The notes beneath the pieces are model-generated. The model was not told the DNA's origin. It saw only the letters and a list, made by a program, of their open reading frames with translations, and ran no database searches. From assembly GCA_963789955.1 (NCBI GenBank), contig CAWBMV010000006.1:288001-352000 (forward strand): 64,000 bases of DNA, given 5' to 3'. Of the stretch, positions 44,559 to 55,626 are shown one piece after another (the first letter of the stretch is position 1; each line of letters begins with the position of its first letter). Both the position numbers and the translations under genes were made by a program. Origin of the DNA: an uncultured Candidatus Rokubacteria bacterium (lineage in GTDB: Bacteria; Methylomirabilota; Methylomirabilia; Rokubacteriales; CSP1-6).

Positions 44559-47500
44559 ATGAAGAGCGATAAGCGGTTTGGGATTTTTGCGGTTGCCGTT
44601 GCTGTTGTCCTCGCGCTGTTCGGCTCGCCTCGGACCGCCAGCGGAGCTGTCACTTTCGTTCAGGCCGTGGGCGCGACCGATGACGCCGCTGCCGCTTCAG
44701 TAGCGCGCGCTTTCACCAGCACCAATACGGCCGGCAACCTCATCGTCGTTGCTGTCAGCTGGGGCGACCGGACGGCGCCCGCTGTCAGCGCGACCGACAC
44801 CCTCGGCAATATCTACTTCCTCGCCACCAACGACTTCGACCCGGGCAAGCGCCAGGGCCTCGCGATCCTCTTCGCCCCGAACATCCGAGCCGGAGCGAAC
44901 ACGGTCACCGTCAACTTCGGGGCGGCGAACGGCTATCGGCGAATCATCGTCAGCGAGTACAGCGGAGCCGCGACCGCGTCCCCGCTGGATGCCACGGCCA
45001 AGAATCGCGCGAACGGCACGAAGACCGCCAACGCCGTCACCAGCGCCTCGGCCACGACGACCGCGAACGGCGACCTGATCTTCGGCGCGGTCATGGACGA
45101 TTCGGGGTTTTTCGGCACGATCACGGCTGGGACCGGGTTCACGCGACGGGCGATCGTCAACAACGTAGACATGGCGACCGAGGACCTGGTCCAGGCCGCC
45201 GCCGGTCCGGTTGCCGCAACGTTCACGTTCAGCCGGGCCGACACCTATCTGGCCCAGATGGCCGCCTTCAAGGCGGCGCCGGCGGGGGGTGGAGGCCCCG
45301 CCGCCTCTTCGCTCGTCTGCGCTCCCTCGAGCCTGACGGCGGGCGCCTCGACGACTTGTACCGTCACGTTGAGCGCTCCGGCGCCGGCGGGGGGAAGTAC
45401 CGTCGCGTTGTCGTCCAACAACGCCGCCGCGCTGCCGGTGCCCGCATCTGTGACCGTACCGGCCGGGGCGACGTCTGCTGCCTTCACGGCAACGGCTGCG
45501 ACGGTCACGGCGGCTCAGACAGTCACCGTCTTCGCCACCCTTGGCGGCAGCGCCACCGCGACGGTCACCGTCACGCCTCCACTCCGGGTGTCCTCGCTCG
45601 TCTGCAATCCGACGAGCATCACCTCGGGAGCGTCGACGACGTGCACCGTCAATCTGAATCAGGCCGCCCCCACCGGGGGGAGCGTCGTCGCGCTCAGCTC
45701 GAACAACCCGTCAGTCCTGGGCGTGCCGACGTCTGTGACGGTGCCTGCCAGCGCGACGTCGGCCGCGTTCACGGCGGCCGGCGGCTCGGTCGCGACGACG
45801 CAAACGGCCGTCGTGACAGCGACGCTCGGCGCCAGTGCCACGGCAACCGTGACCGTCAAACCAGTCCTGAGCGTCTCGTCGCTGGTCTGTAGTCCGACGA
45901 GCGTCACATCAGGCGCCTCGACCACCTGCACGGTCAGCCTCAATCAGAACGCACCCGCGGGCGGCAGCGTTGTGGCCCTCGGCTCGAACAGCGCAGCGCT
46001 ACCCGTCCCGGCCTCCGTCACCGTTCCGGCCAACGCTCAGTCGGCGACATTCACGGCGACAGCCGCGTCGGTGGGCGCGGCTCAGACCGCCACGGTGACC
46101 GCGACGCTCGGCGCCAGCACCACCGCGACCGTGACGGTCACACCGATCCTCAGCGTGTCGTCGCTCGTCTGCAGTCCGACGAGCATCACGTCGGGCGCGG
46201 CGACCGCGTGCACCGTCAATCTCAATCAGAACGCCCCAGCAGGCGGGGGAGTAGTGGGGCTCGCTTCGAACAACGCGGCATTACCCGTTCCGGTTTCGAT
46301 CACCGTGCCGGCCGGCTCGGCGGCGACTACGTTCACGGCGACCGCCGCGTCGGTCGCGTCCCCTCAGACGGTGACCGTGACCGCCACGCTCGGCGCCACT
46401 GCCACGGCGACCGTGACCGTCGCCCCCATCAACCCCAACGTGTCCTCGCTGGTCTGTAGCCCGACGAGCGTGACGTCCGGTGCCTCGACGACGTGCACCG
46501 TCACCCTGGATCTGGCGGCGCCGGCGGGTGGGAGAACCGTTGCGCTCGGCTCGAACAATACGACGGTACTGCCCATCCCGGCCTCCGTGACGGTCGCTGC
46601 TGCCACGAATTCGGCGACGTTCAGCGCCACGGCCGCATTGGTAGCGACGGCGCAGATTGTGACCGTCACCGCGACGCTCGGCGCCAGCAGCACGGCAACC
46701 GTGACCGTCACACCTCCAAGCCCGAGCGTCTCGTCGCTCGCGTGCGCTCCCGCGAGCCTGCCGTCGGGCGCGACGACCACATGCACGGTCACGCTGAATC
46801 TGGCGGCGCCCGCGGGTGGAAGCACCGTCGCGCTCGGGTCCAACAACCCCGCCGCGCTGGCGGTCCCGGCGTCCGTCGTCGTACCCGCGAGCACCACGTC
46901 GACGACATTCGCGGCCAGCGCCGGAACGGTAGCCGGGGCTCAGACGGTCACCCTGAGCGCAACGCTCGGCGGCAGCACGACCGCGACCGTGACCGTCACG
47001 CCCGTTCTCGGCGTGTCCTCTCTGGTCTGCTATCCGGCGACCGTCACGTCGGGCGCTTCCACGACGTGCACCGTCACGTTGAACCAGGCAGCCCCCGCCG
47101 GCGATGGCACCGTCACGCTCGCCTCGAGCAACACCACGGTGCTGTCGGTGCCGGCCTCGGCGACCGTCGCGGCCGGGGCGACGTCGGCCACCTTCACGGT
47201 GACGGCCGGCTCGGTCGCGGCGCCTCAGCCCGTCACCGTGACGGCGACGCTCGGCGGAAACGTCGCCGCGACCGTCACCGTCACGCCCATCACCATCGTG
47301 TCGACGCTCGCGTGCACCCCGTCGAGCGTGACCGCGGGCACGTCGACGGCGTGCACTGTCACGTTGAATCAGGCCGCGCCGACCGGCGGAACCGCCGTCA
47401 CGTTAGCCTCGAGCAATGCCACTGCGCTGCCGGCGCCGGCGTCGGTGACCGTGCCGGCCGGCGCGGCGTCGACCACGTTCACGGCGACGTCCGGCTCGGT

Positions 47501-50500
47501 GGCGACGCTGCAACCCGTGACCTTGACCGCCACGCTCGGCGCCAGCAGCGCGACCGCCACCGTGACGGTCGCGCCGAGCCCGAGAGTGTCCTCGCTCGCA
47601 TGTGCGCCGGCCAGCCTGACGTCGGGCGCTGCGACGACGTGCACGATCACCTTGGATCAGGCGGCGCCCGCCGGCGGCAGCACCGTCACGCTCGCGTCGA
47701 ACAACACCACCGCGTTGCCGGTCCCGGCTTCGCTGACCGTACCGGCCACCACGACCACGGCGACGTTCACGGCCACCGCGGGCTCCGTCGCGGCCTCTGA
47801 GACCATCACCGTGACCGCAACGCTCGGCGGCAGCACCATCGCGACCGTGACCATCACGCCAGCCCTCGGCGTGTCCTCGCTCGTCTGCAGCCCGACGAGC
47901 GTGACATCGGGCGCCTCCACGACTTGCACCGCGACCTTGAATCAGGCGGCGCCGACCGGCGGAAGCGCGGTCATGCTCGCGTCGAGCATCCCGGCCGCGC
48001 TGCCGGTGCCCGCCTCGGTGAGCGTACCGCCCGGCGCGACGTCCGCGACGTTCACGGCACCCGCCGGCACGGTGGCGACGGCTCAGACCGTGACGGTGAC
48101 CGCAACGCTTGGCGGGACCACCACCACCACCGTCATCGTCACGCCCATCACGAGCGTGTCGTCGCTGGCGTGTGCGCCGCCGAGCCTCGCCCCCGGCGCC
48201 GCCACCACATGTACCGTCACGTTGAACCAGCCGGCGCCCGCCGGCGGGAGCGTCGTCGCGCTCGCCTCCAGCAACGCCGCCGCGTTACCCGTCCCGCCGT
48301 CGGCCACTGTGCCGGCGAGCGCGACGGCGACCACGTTCACCACGACAGGCGGCGCAGTCGCGACGTCGCAGACCGTGACGGTGACCGCGACCTTGGGCAG
48401 TAGCGCGACCGCGACCATCACCGTCGCGCCGAACCCGTCCGTATCCGCGCTCGCGTGCGTGCCGACCACCGTCGCGTCAGGCGCGGCGACGACATGCACC
48501 GTCACCTTGGATCAAGCGGCCCCGGTCGGCGGAAGCGCTGTCATGCTCGCGTCGAACAACACAGCCGCGTTGTCTGTGCCCGCCTCGGTCGCGGTCGCAG
48601 CTGCGGCAACGTCCGCCACATTCACGGCGACGGGCGGCTCGGTCGCGACGCCGCAAACCGTGACCCTGACGGCGACGTTCGGTGGGAACAGCACCGCGGT
48701 GGTCACCGTCACTCCCAATCCCGCCGTGACATCCCTCGCATGCGCGCCAACGAGCGTGACCTCAGGCACGTCGACGACGTGCACCGTCACGCTGGATCAG
48801 CCGGCCCTCGCCGGCGGGAGCACCGTCGGGATCTCGTCGAACAACACCACCGCGTTACCGGTCCCGGCTTCGGTCACGGTGCCGGCCAGCACGACGTCGA
48901 CCACGTTCACGGCCACTGCCGGCACGGTGGCCGCGTCTCAGACGGTCACGCTCACCGCAACACTCGGCGGCAATACCACCGCGACGGTGACCGTCACGCC
49001 GAGCCTCGCGGTGTCGTCGCTGGCGTGCGCTCCGGCGAGCCTCAACCCCGGCGTCGCGACCACATGCACCGTCACGTTGAATCAGGCGGCGCCCGCCGGC
49101 GGAAGCCCGGTGACGCTCGCCTCGAGCAACACCACGGCGCTGCCCGTTCCGGCGACCGTCACCGTGCCGGCCGCCACGACCTCGACCACGTTCACGGCGA
49201 CCGCGGGCTCGGTCGCGACATCCCAGACGGTCACCGTGACTGCGACGCTCGGAGGCAACACCACCGCGACCGTCACCGTGACGCCAGGCCCGAGCGTCTC
49301 GTCTCTCGCATGCGCGCCCTCGAGCGTGACGTCAGGGGCGAGCACGACGTGCACGGTCACGCTGGATCAGGCCGCGCCGGCCGGTGGAAGCGCCGTCACC
49401 CTGGCGTCGAGCAACACCACGGCGCTACCCGTACCCGCGTCCGTGACGGTTCCCGCCGCGACGAATTCGACGACGTTCACGGCGGTGGCCGGCTCGGTGG
49501 CCACCTCTCAGACCGTCACCGTGACCGCAACGCTCGGCGCCAGCGCTCCGACCTCGACGGTGACGGTCACCCCGAGCCTCAGCGTGTCCTCGCTCGCCTG
49601 CGCTCCGCCGAGCGTCGCTGGCGGCACCCCCACGACGTGCACCGTTGCCCTGGCTCAGCCCGCGCCGAGCGGCGGGAACACGGTCACGATCGCCTCGAAC
49701 AACACGACCGCGCTACCGGTACCGGCGTCCGTCACCGTGCCGGCCGGTGCGACGTCCACGACCTTCACGGCCACGGCCGGCTCGGTGGCGACGTCTCAGA
49801 CTGTCATCCTGACCGCTACCCTCGGCGGCAGCACCACGACCGCGACCGTGACCGTCACGCCCGGCGGGGCGAGCGTGTCGACGCTCGTGTGCGCTCCCGC
49901 GAGCGTTGCGTCGGGCGTCTCGAGCACGTGCACGATCACATTGACCCAGGCGGCGCCGAGCGGTGGAAGTGTCGTCACGCTCGCTTCGAGCGACACGTCC
50001 GCGCTGACCATCCCGGCTTCGGTGACCGTACCCCCCGCGATGAGCACCACCATGTTCACGGCGACCGCGGGGACGGTCGCGGCGACCCAGGCGGTGACGG
50101 TGACCGCGACGCTGGGTGGCAGCACGACCGCGACCGTGACCATCAACCCGGTCGCGCTGGTCTCGCTGGCGGTGACCCCCGCCAATCCGTCGATCGCGGC
50201 GGGCACCACGGTGCAATTCACCGCCACCGGCACGTACAACAATGGCGGCTCCCAGAATCTGACGACGTCGGTCACGTGGAGCTCGTCGGCGACCGGCGTG
50301 GCGACGATCAGCGGCACCGCCGGCAGTCAGGGACTCGCGACCAGCGCGTCGCCGGGAACCACAACGATCAGCGCGGTGTCCGGCTCGGTCTCCGGATCGA
50401 CGCCCCTGACCGTGACCCCGGCCATCGTTCCGATCACCTTCGTGCAGGCGGGCACCGCGACGAGCGACACCGCGGCCACGTCGATCGCTCGGGCCTTCAC

Positions 50501-53320
50501 GGCCAACAACACGGCGGGCAATCTCATCATCGTCGCGGTGAGCTGGGGAGATCGCACGGCCGCGTCCATCAACGCGACCGATACCCTCGGCAATACCTAT
50601 TTCGTCGCCACCAACGATTTCGACACGAACAATCGCCAGGGCCTCGCGATCCTCTTCGCTCCGAACATCCGGGCCGGCGCGAACACCGTCACGGTCAACT
50701 TCGGCGCGTCGAACGCCTACCGTCGGATCGTGGTCAGCGAATACAGCGGGATCGCCACCTCGTCTCCGCTCGACGGGGTCGCCAAGAATCGCGCCATCGG
50801 AACCACCGCCGCCAACGCGATCACCAGCACGGCGGCCACGACCACCGTGAACGGTGATCTGATCTTCGGCGTCGCCATGGACGACTCGGGCTTCTTCGGG
50901 ACGATCACCGCCGGGACGAACTTCACCCGGCGGGCGGTCGTCAACAACATCGACATGGCCACCGAGGACCGGGTTCAGGCGACGGCCGGCTCGGTCGCGG
51001 CCACCTTCACGTTCAGCCGGGCTGACGCCTACCTGGCGCAGATGGCCGCCTTCAAGCCGATGTCAGCGGGTGGGGGAGGCGGCGGCGCGCCCAGTGTGTC
51101 ATCGCTCGCGTGCGCGCCCGCGAGCCTCGTCTCGGGCGGCACGACGACTTGCACGGTCACCCTGACGCAGGCAGCCCCGACCGGTGGCAGTGTCGTGACC
51201 CTCGCGTCGAACAATCCGAGCGCGCTGCCCGTGCCCGCCTCGGTGACGGTCCCTGCCGGCTCCGGGTCGGCGACCTTCACCGCGACGGCCCCGACCGTGA
51301 CCTCGCCGCAGACGGTAACCGTGACCGCCACACTCGGCGGTACCGCCGCCGCGACCTTGACGGTGGGCTCCAGCAGTACGAGCGTGTCGTCACTCGCGTG
51401 CGCACCTGCGAGCCTGGCGTCAGGCACCTCGACGACGTGCACGATCACGCTGACCCAGGCGGCGCCTGCCGGCGGCAGCACCGTTACCTTGTCCTCGAAC
51501 AGCGTTGCGGCGCTGCCCGTGCCCGCGTCGGCCACCGTCCCTGCGACCGCGACGTCGATCACTTTCACGGCGACGGCCGGCGCAGTGCCCACCCCGCAAA
51601 CAGTCACGGTGACGGCAACACTCGGCGGCAGCGCCAGCACGACTGTGACCGTGACCCCCGGGAGCCCGAGCGTCTCGTCCCTCGTGTGCTCGCCGTCGAC
51701 CCTGACGTCCGGCGCGTCGACCCTTTGCACGGTGAACCTCACGCAGTCGGCCCCGGCCGGTGGGAGCACGGTCTCGCTGTCGTCGAACAACACACCCGCA
51801 CTGCCGGTGCCCGCGTCCGTGACGGTGCCGGCCAGCTCGACGTCGGCCACCTTCACGGCGACGGCCGGAACGGTGACGACGCCACAAGCGGCGAAGGTGA
51901 CGGCGACGCTCGGCCCGACCTCCACCAGCACGACCTTGACCGTGGCCTCGAGCCAGGCGCAGCTCAAAGGGGCGTGGTCCGGGCCGTTCACGTGGCCGAT
52001 CGTCGCCGTGCACATGGCGATGCTGCCCACGGGCAAGGTCATGGCGTGGGACCTGGACAACAACGCAGTGCAGCTCTGGAATCCGGCCACGGACGTCTTC
52101 ACCGACGTCACGAACACCGCCGAGAGCTTCTCGTTCTTCTGCACGGGTCAGACGGCGCTGGCCGACGGGAGAATCCTGATCGACGGCGGCCACGTCAACT
52201 GGGACGTCGGGAGCCGTCACGCCAACGCGTTCAATCCCGTGACGCAAACGTGGACCCCGCTGGCGCAGATGGCGGTCGAGCGCTGGTATCCCACCGTCAT
52301 CACGTTGGCCGACGGGCGTGTCCTGGCCGTGGCGGGACACACGACCTGCAAGACATGCGTGGCGCAAACGCCGGAAGTGTACGACCCGGTCGCGAACACC
52401 TGGACGCAGCTCCCCGGCGCCAAGACAGGGATTCCGACGCAGTATCCGCACATGTACGTCCTGCCCGACGGGCGTGTCCTGCAGGTCGCCTCGTCGGAAG
52501 AAGTGATTCCCACGAGGGTCCTGGACCTGACGACACAAACGTGGACGACGGTCGATCCCAATCCTCTCGACGGCGGAAGCTCGGTGATGTACTTGCCCGG
52601 GAAGGTGATGAAGTCCGGCGCGGCGTGGGACGACGGCAACGGCAATCCAACCAACGGCACGTATGTGCTCGACATGACTCAGCCCGCGCCGACCTGGCGA
52701 CAGACCATCGGCATGACGTTCCCGCGACTCACGCACAACCTGACGCTCTTGCCGGACGGCACCGTGCTGGTCACCGGCGGCTCCACCAACTCGTACATCT
52801 CCGATCCGGCTTCCGTGGTCTATGACGCCGAGCTCTGGTCACCGGTGACCGAGACCTGGACGACGATGGCGTCGAGCTACAGGTACCGCGGATGTATCAC
52901 TCGACGGCCCTGCTGCTGCCCGACGGCCGTGTGCTGAAGGCCGGCGGCGGGCGATTTGGCGGCACGGGACCCGGCGCCGACCAGTTCAGCGCGGAGATCT
53001 ATTCGCCGCCGTACCTGTTCAAGGGTGTGCGGCCAACCATCACGTCGGCTCCGGCCGCGATCGGGTACGGGTCGACGTTCACGATCGCCACCCCGGACGC
53101 GGCACAGATCGCCGCGGTGTCCCTCGTCCGCCTCGGAAGCGTGACCCACACGTTCAACAGCGGTCAGCGCTTCCTGCCCTTGGCCTTCCAGCCGATCGCC
53201 GGAGGCTTGAGCGTGACGGCGCCGCTCAGCGGGAACCTCGCGCCGCCCGGCTACTACATGCTCTTCATCGTGAACACCAATGGCGTGCCGTCGGTCGCGC
53301 CGTTCGTGCAGATTCAATAA
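44559..53320 (+). CDS. Giant (~2,900 aa) secreted repeat protein with C-terminal galactose-oxidase-like (AA5) Kelch and DUF1929 domains; one frameshift near 52878
   Basis: Sec signal; two ~205-aa TFVQA domains; 20 ~95-aa repeats; Big_2-like domain; FFC, RWYP, RMYHS, VTHTFN and APPGYYMLF motifs. Confidence 0.9.
45300..50145 (+). repeat. 17 tandem ~285-bp coding repeats (SSLxCxPxSxxxGxxTTCTVTL...PASVTVPAG...TVTATLG); three more at ~51090-51950
   Basis: Counted from the translation; each unit has one C-x12-C pair. Confidence 0.9.
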
Positions 53321-53345
53321 GCGGACCACCGCGCCGTCAGGCGAC

Positions 53346-53374
53346 TTGACTCCGCGCCGGCCGCGCACTACGGT
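53346..53374 (+). promoter_or_regulatory. Sigma70-like promoter TTGACT-N17-TACGGT
   Basis: Upstream of the VOC gene. Confidence 0.45.
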
Positions 53375-53409
53375 CGGGGCAACGTCATCCCGAGCGGCGG
53401 AGGTCGTCC

Positions 53410-53928
53410 ATGGCCATCAAGCTGATCCATCACGTCAACGTCCAGGTGAGCGACCGCGAGCGCACGCGCGCCTGGTACGAGAAGGTCCTCGGCGCCGAGT
53501 TCCTCGACCGCGGTCCGGCGCTCAACAGGCGGCAGCTCCAGCTCAGGCTCGGCTGCGGCGAGATCCATTTCACCGTGACGCCGCGGCCGGTCATCCCGGC
53601 GTCGAGCCACTTCGCGATCGAGGTCGACGACTGGGACGCCACGATGGCGCACCTCGACACGCTCGGCATCCAGCACGTGCGGACGTCGGCCGCGAGCACC
53701 GGCACCGACATCGGCGGCACGGACCCGCGGCAGGGGCGGCGGGAGGACAGCAGCGAGCACTACGCGTACATCGAGGACCCCGACGGGAACTTGATCGAGC
53801 TCGTCAACCATCCGCTCGGGCTACAGGATTCTCAGGGCCGCAAGGTCGAGGTCACGCACGATCCCAAGGGGCTCCGCTGGGTCCAGATTCCCGGCTTCGT
53901 CGAGGCAGAGACCGCGCGCGAGCGCTGA
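53410..53928 (+). CDS. VOC/glyoxalase family protein
   Basis: IHHVNV, HFAIEV and YIEDPDGNLIEL motifs. Confidence 0.88.
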   Translation: MAIKLIHHVNVQVSDRERTRAWYEKVLGAEFLDRGPALNRRQLQLRLGCGEIHFTVTPRPVIPASSHFAIEVDDWDATMAHLDTLGIQHVRTSAASTGTDIGGTDPRQGRREDSSEHYAYIEDPDGNLIELVNHPLGLQDSQGRKVEVTHDPKGLRWVQIPGFVEAETARER

Positions 53929-53941
53929 AGCAGAAGCCCCG

Positions 53942-54877
53942 GTGAAGATCGCGACGCCCGATCTCGTCACGAACTCGTATTTCCCCGCGCTGGCGGCCGA
54001 AGAGCTCGGGCTGTATCGCGACGAGGGGATCGACGCCCACGTCGAGTTGTTACCCTCGCTCGACGCCGTAAATGCCCTGCGCGATGGCGCCGTCGACTTC
54101 GTGGCCGGTGGCGCGCACACCACGTTGCTCGCCTTCCCGGGCTGGAAGGGCGCGAAGCTCGTCGTCGCCCTGTCTCAGGGGACTCCGTGGCTCCTGGTCC
54201 TGCGTGCCGACCTGCCGGCGCGCCGCGGCGACGTCTCGGCCGTCAAGGGCCTCCGCATCGGTGCGGCGCCGGGCCCCGACCGAGTGTTCCTGCGGCTCCT
54301 CCAGGAGTCCGGCATCGATCCCGCACGCGACGGGATCGCGATCGCTCCGGTGCCCGGCGGGACGGATCCGGGCGCGTCGTTCGGCGTCACCGCCGCCGAA
54401 GCGCTCGAGCGCGGCACGGTCGATGGGTTCTGGGCGAACGCGCTGGGCAGCGAGACCGCCGTGCGGCGCGGCGTCGGCAAGATCGTCGTCGACGTCCGGC
54501 GCGGCGACGGCCCGCCCGGGGCCGGTCAGTACACGCTCGCGGCGCTCTCGACCACCGAGGCGCTGATCGCGCGCCAGCCGGAGCGCGTCGCGGCGGCGGT
54601 GCGCGCGATCGTTCGCGCGCAGGACATCCTTCGAAAAGATCCGGGCCGGGCGACCGAGATCGGACGCAGACGATTTCCGCCGGCAGCGTCGGAGATCATC
54701 GCCGCGGTCGTGGAGCGCGACCTTCCGTTCTACGATCCTGCGATCGGCGAGCCGGCGGTCTCCGTCATGAACGGCTTCGCCCGCTCGCTCGGGCTCCTGA
54801 CTGCGCCGGTCTCCTACGAAGACACGGTCGCCACGCGCTTCCGAGATCTCTGGCTTCCCTCGAGCCGTCCGCGGTAG
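53942..54877 (+). CDS. NitT/TauT-family substrate-binding-like protein (no obvious signal peptide)
   Basis: AAEELGLYRDEGID and KGLRIGAAPG motifs. Confidence 0.8.
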   Translation: MKIATPDLVTNSYFPALAAEELGLYRDEGIDAHVELLPSLDAVNALRDGAVDFVAGGAHTTLLAFPGWKGAKLVVALSQGTPWLLVLRADLPARRGDVSAVKGLRIGAAPGPDRVFLRLLQESGIDPARDGIAIAPVPGGTDPGASFGVTAAEALERGTVDGFWANALGSETAVRRGVGKIVVDVRRGDGPPGAGQYTLAALSTTEALIARQPERVAAAVRAIVRAQDILRKDPGRATEIGRRRFPPAASEIIAAVVERDLPFYDPAIGEPAVSVMNGFARSLGLLTAPVSYEDTVATRFRDLWLPSSRPR

Positions 54878-54897
54878 ACCGCGCGGCGCCCTCGGTC

Positions 54898-55536
54898 TCA
54901 GCCCTCGAGGACTTCGACCGGATCTCCGAGGGCAACGCGTCCGGGCTCGATCACACTGCAGTCGAGCGCCAGCCGGCCACCCCGCTCGCGGACGATGCGG
55001 CGCAGCACGGAAACGTCCTGGACCTGCGTGTCCGGATCGTACGTCGTCATCACGCACCGCTGGCGAAGCGACGCGACGGCGATGATCGCCTTGCCGATCC
55101 GCAACCGCTTGCCCGGCCACGACTGCTCGGCGTCGGCGGTGGCACCGCTGACCAGGATGTTCGGGCGGAATCGCCGGCGATCCATGCCGAGCGCGGCGAT
55201 GGCGCCATCGGTCGCGACCAACAACGGGAGCACGTCGAAGCGCTCCGGCCCGTCGAAGCGCGCCAGCCGAGCCTGCTCGCCGACGGCCCGGCGAACTCGC
55301 GCGGCGATCGTCTCCGAGCTCCAGGGCTCGCCGTCCACGAGCGGCTCGCCGTCAGGCCCGAGGCTCACCCGAAATCCGAGCAGGGCCGGATGGCTTCGGG
55401 CCGTGAGGACCTGACGGTCGTCTCGCGCGTGAACGACGCGATCGCCCGGGACTCCGTCGGGCGTGAGCAGGGTGACCTCGAGCTGCTCACCGCCCATCGA
55501 CTTCACGGGATAACGCCAGATCTCGCCGACGACCAT
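54898..55536 (-). CDS. MOSC domain protein
   Basis: IWRYPVKSMGGE, GDR, RRFRPNI and RCVMTT motifs. Confidence 0.88.
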   Translation of the reverse strand: MVVGEIWRYPVKSMGGEQLEVTLLTPDGVPGDRVVHARDDRQVLTARSHPALLGFRVSLGPDGEPLVDGEPWSSETIAARVRRAVGEQARLARFDGPERFDVLPLLVATDGAIAALGMDRRRFRPNILVSGATADAEQSWPGKRLRIGKAIIAVASLRQRCVMTTYDPDTQVQDVSVLRRIVRERGGRLALDCSVIEPGRVALGDPVEVLEG

Positions 55537-55626
55537 CGCCTTTTCGCGCTCCTTTTGGAGCGAGACGGGCTCGCTCCACCGTTTAGACCGCCGCTGGCCG
55601 CCGAGGGATTCGGGCGCGACGACCCG

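Noticed and set aside
45300..51950. Tandem repeats as a CRISPR array or DGR
   Set aside because: They are ~285-bp in-frame coding repeats with synonymous divergence; no spacers, cas genes or reverse transcriptase are present
52860..52940. Programmed frameshift or phase variation in the oxidase head
   Set aside because: No slippery run or simple repeat at the site, and the window-wide indel rate explains it
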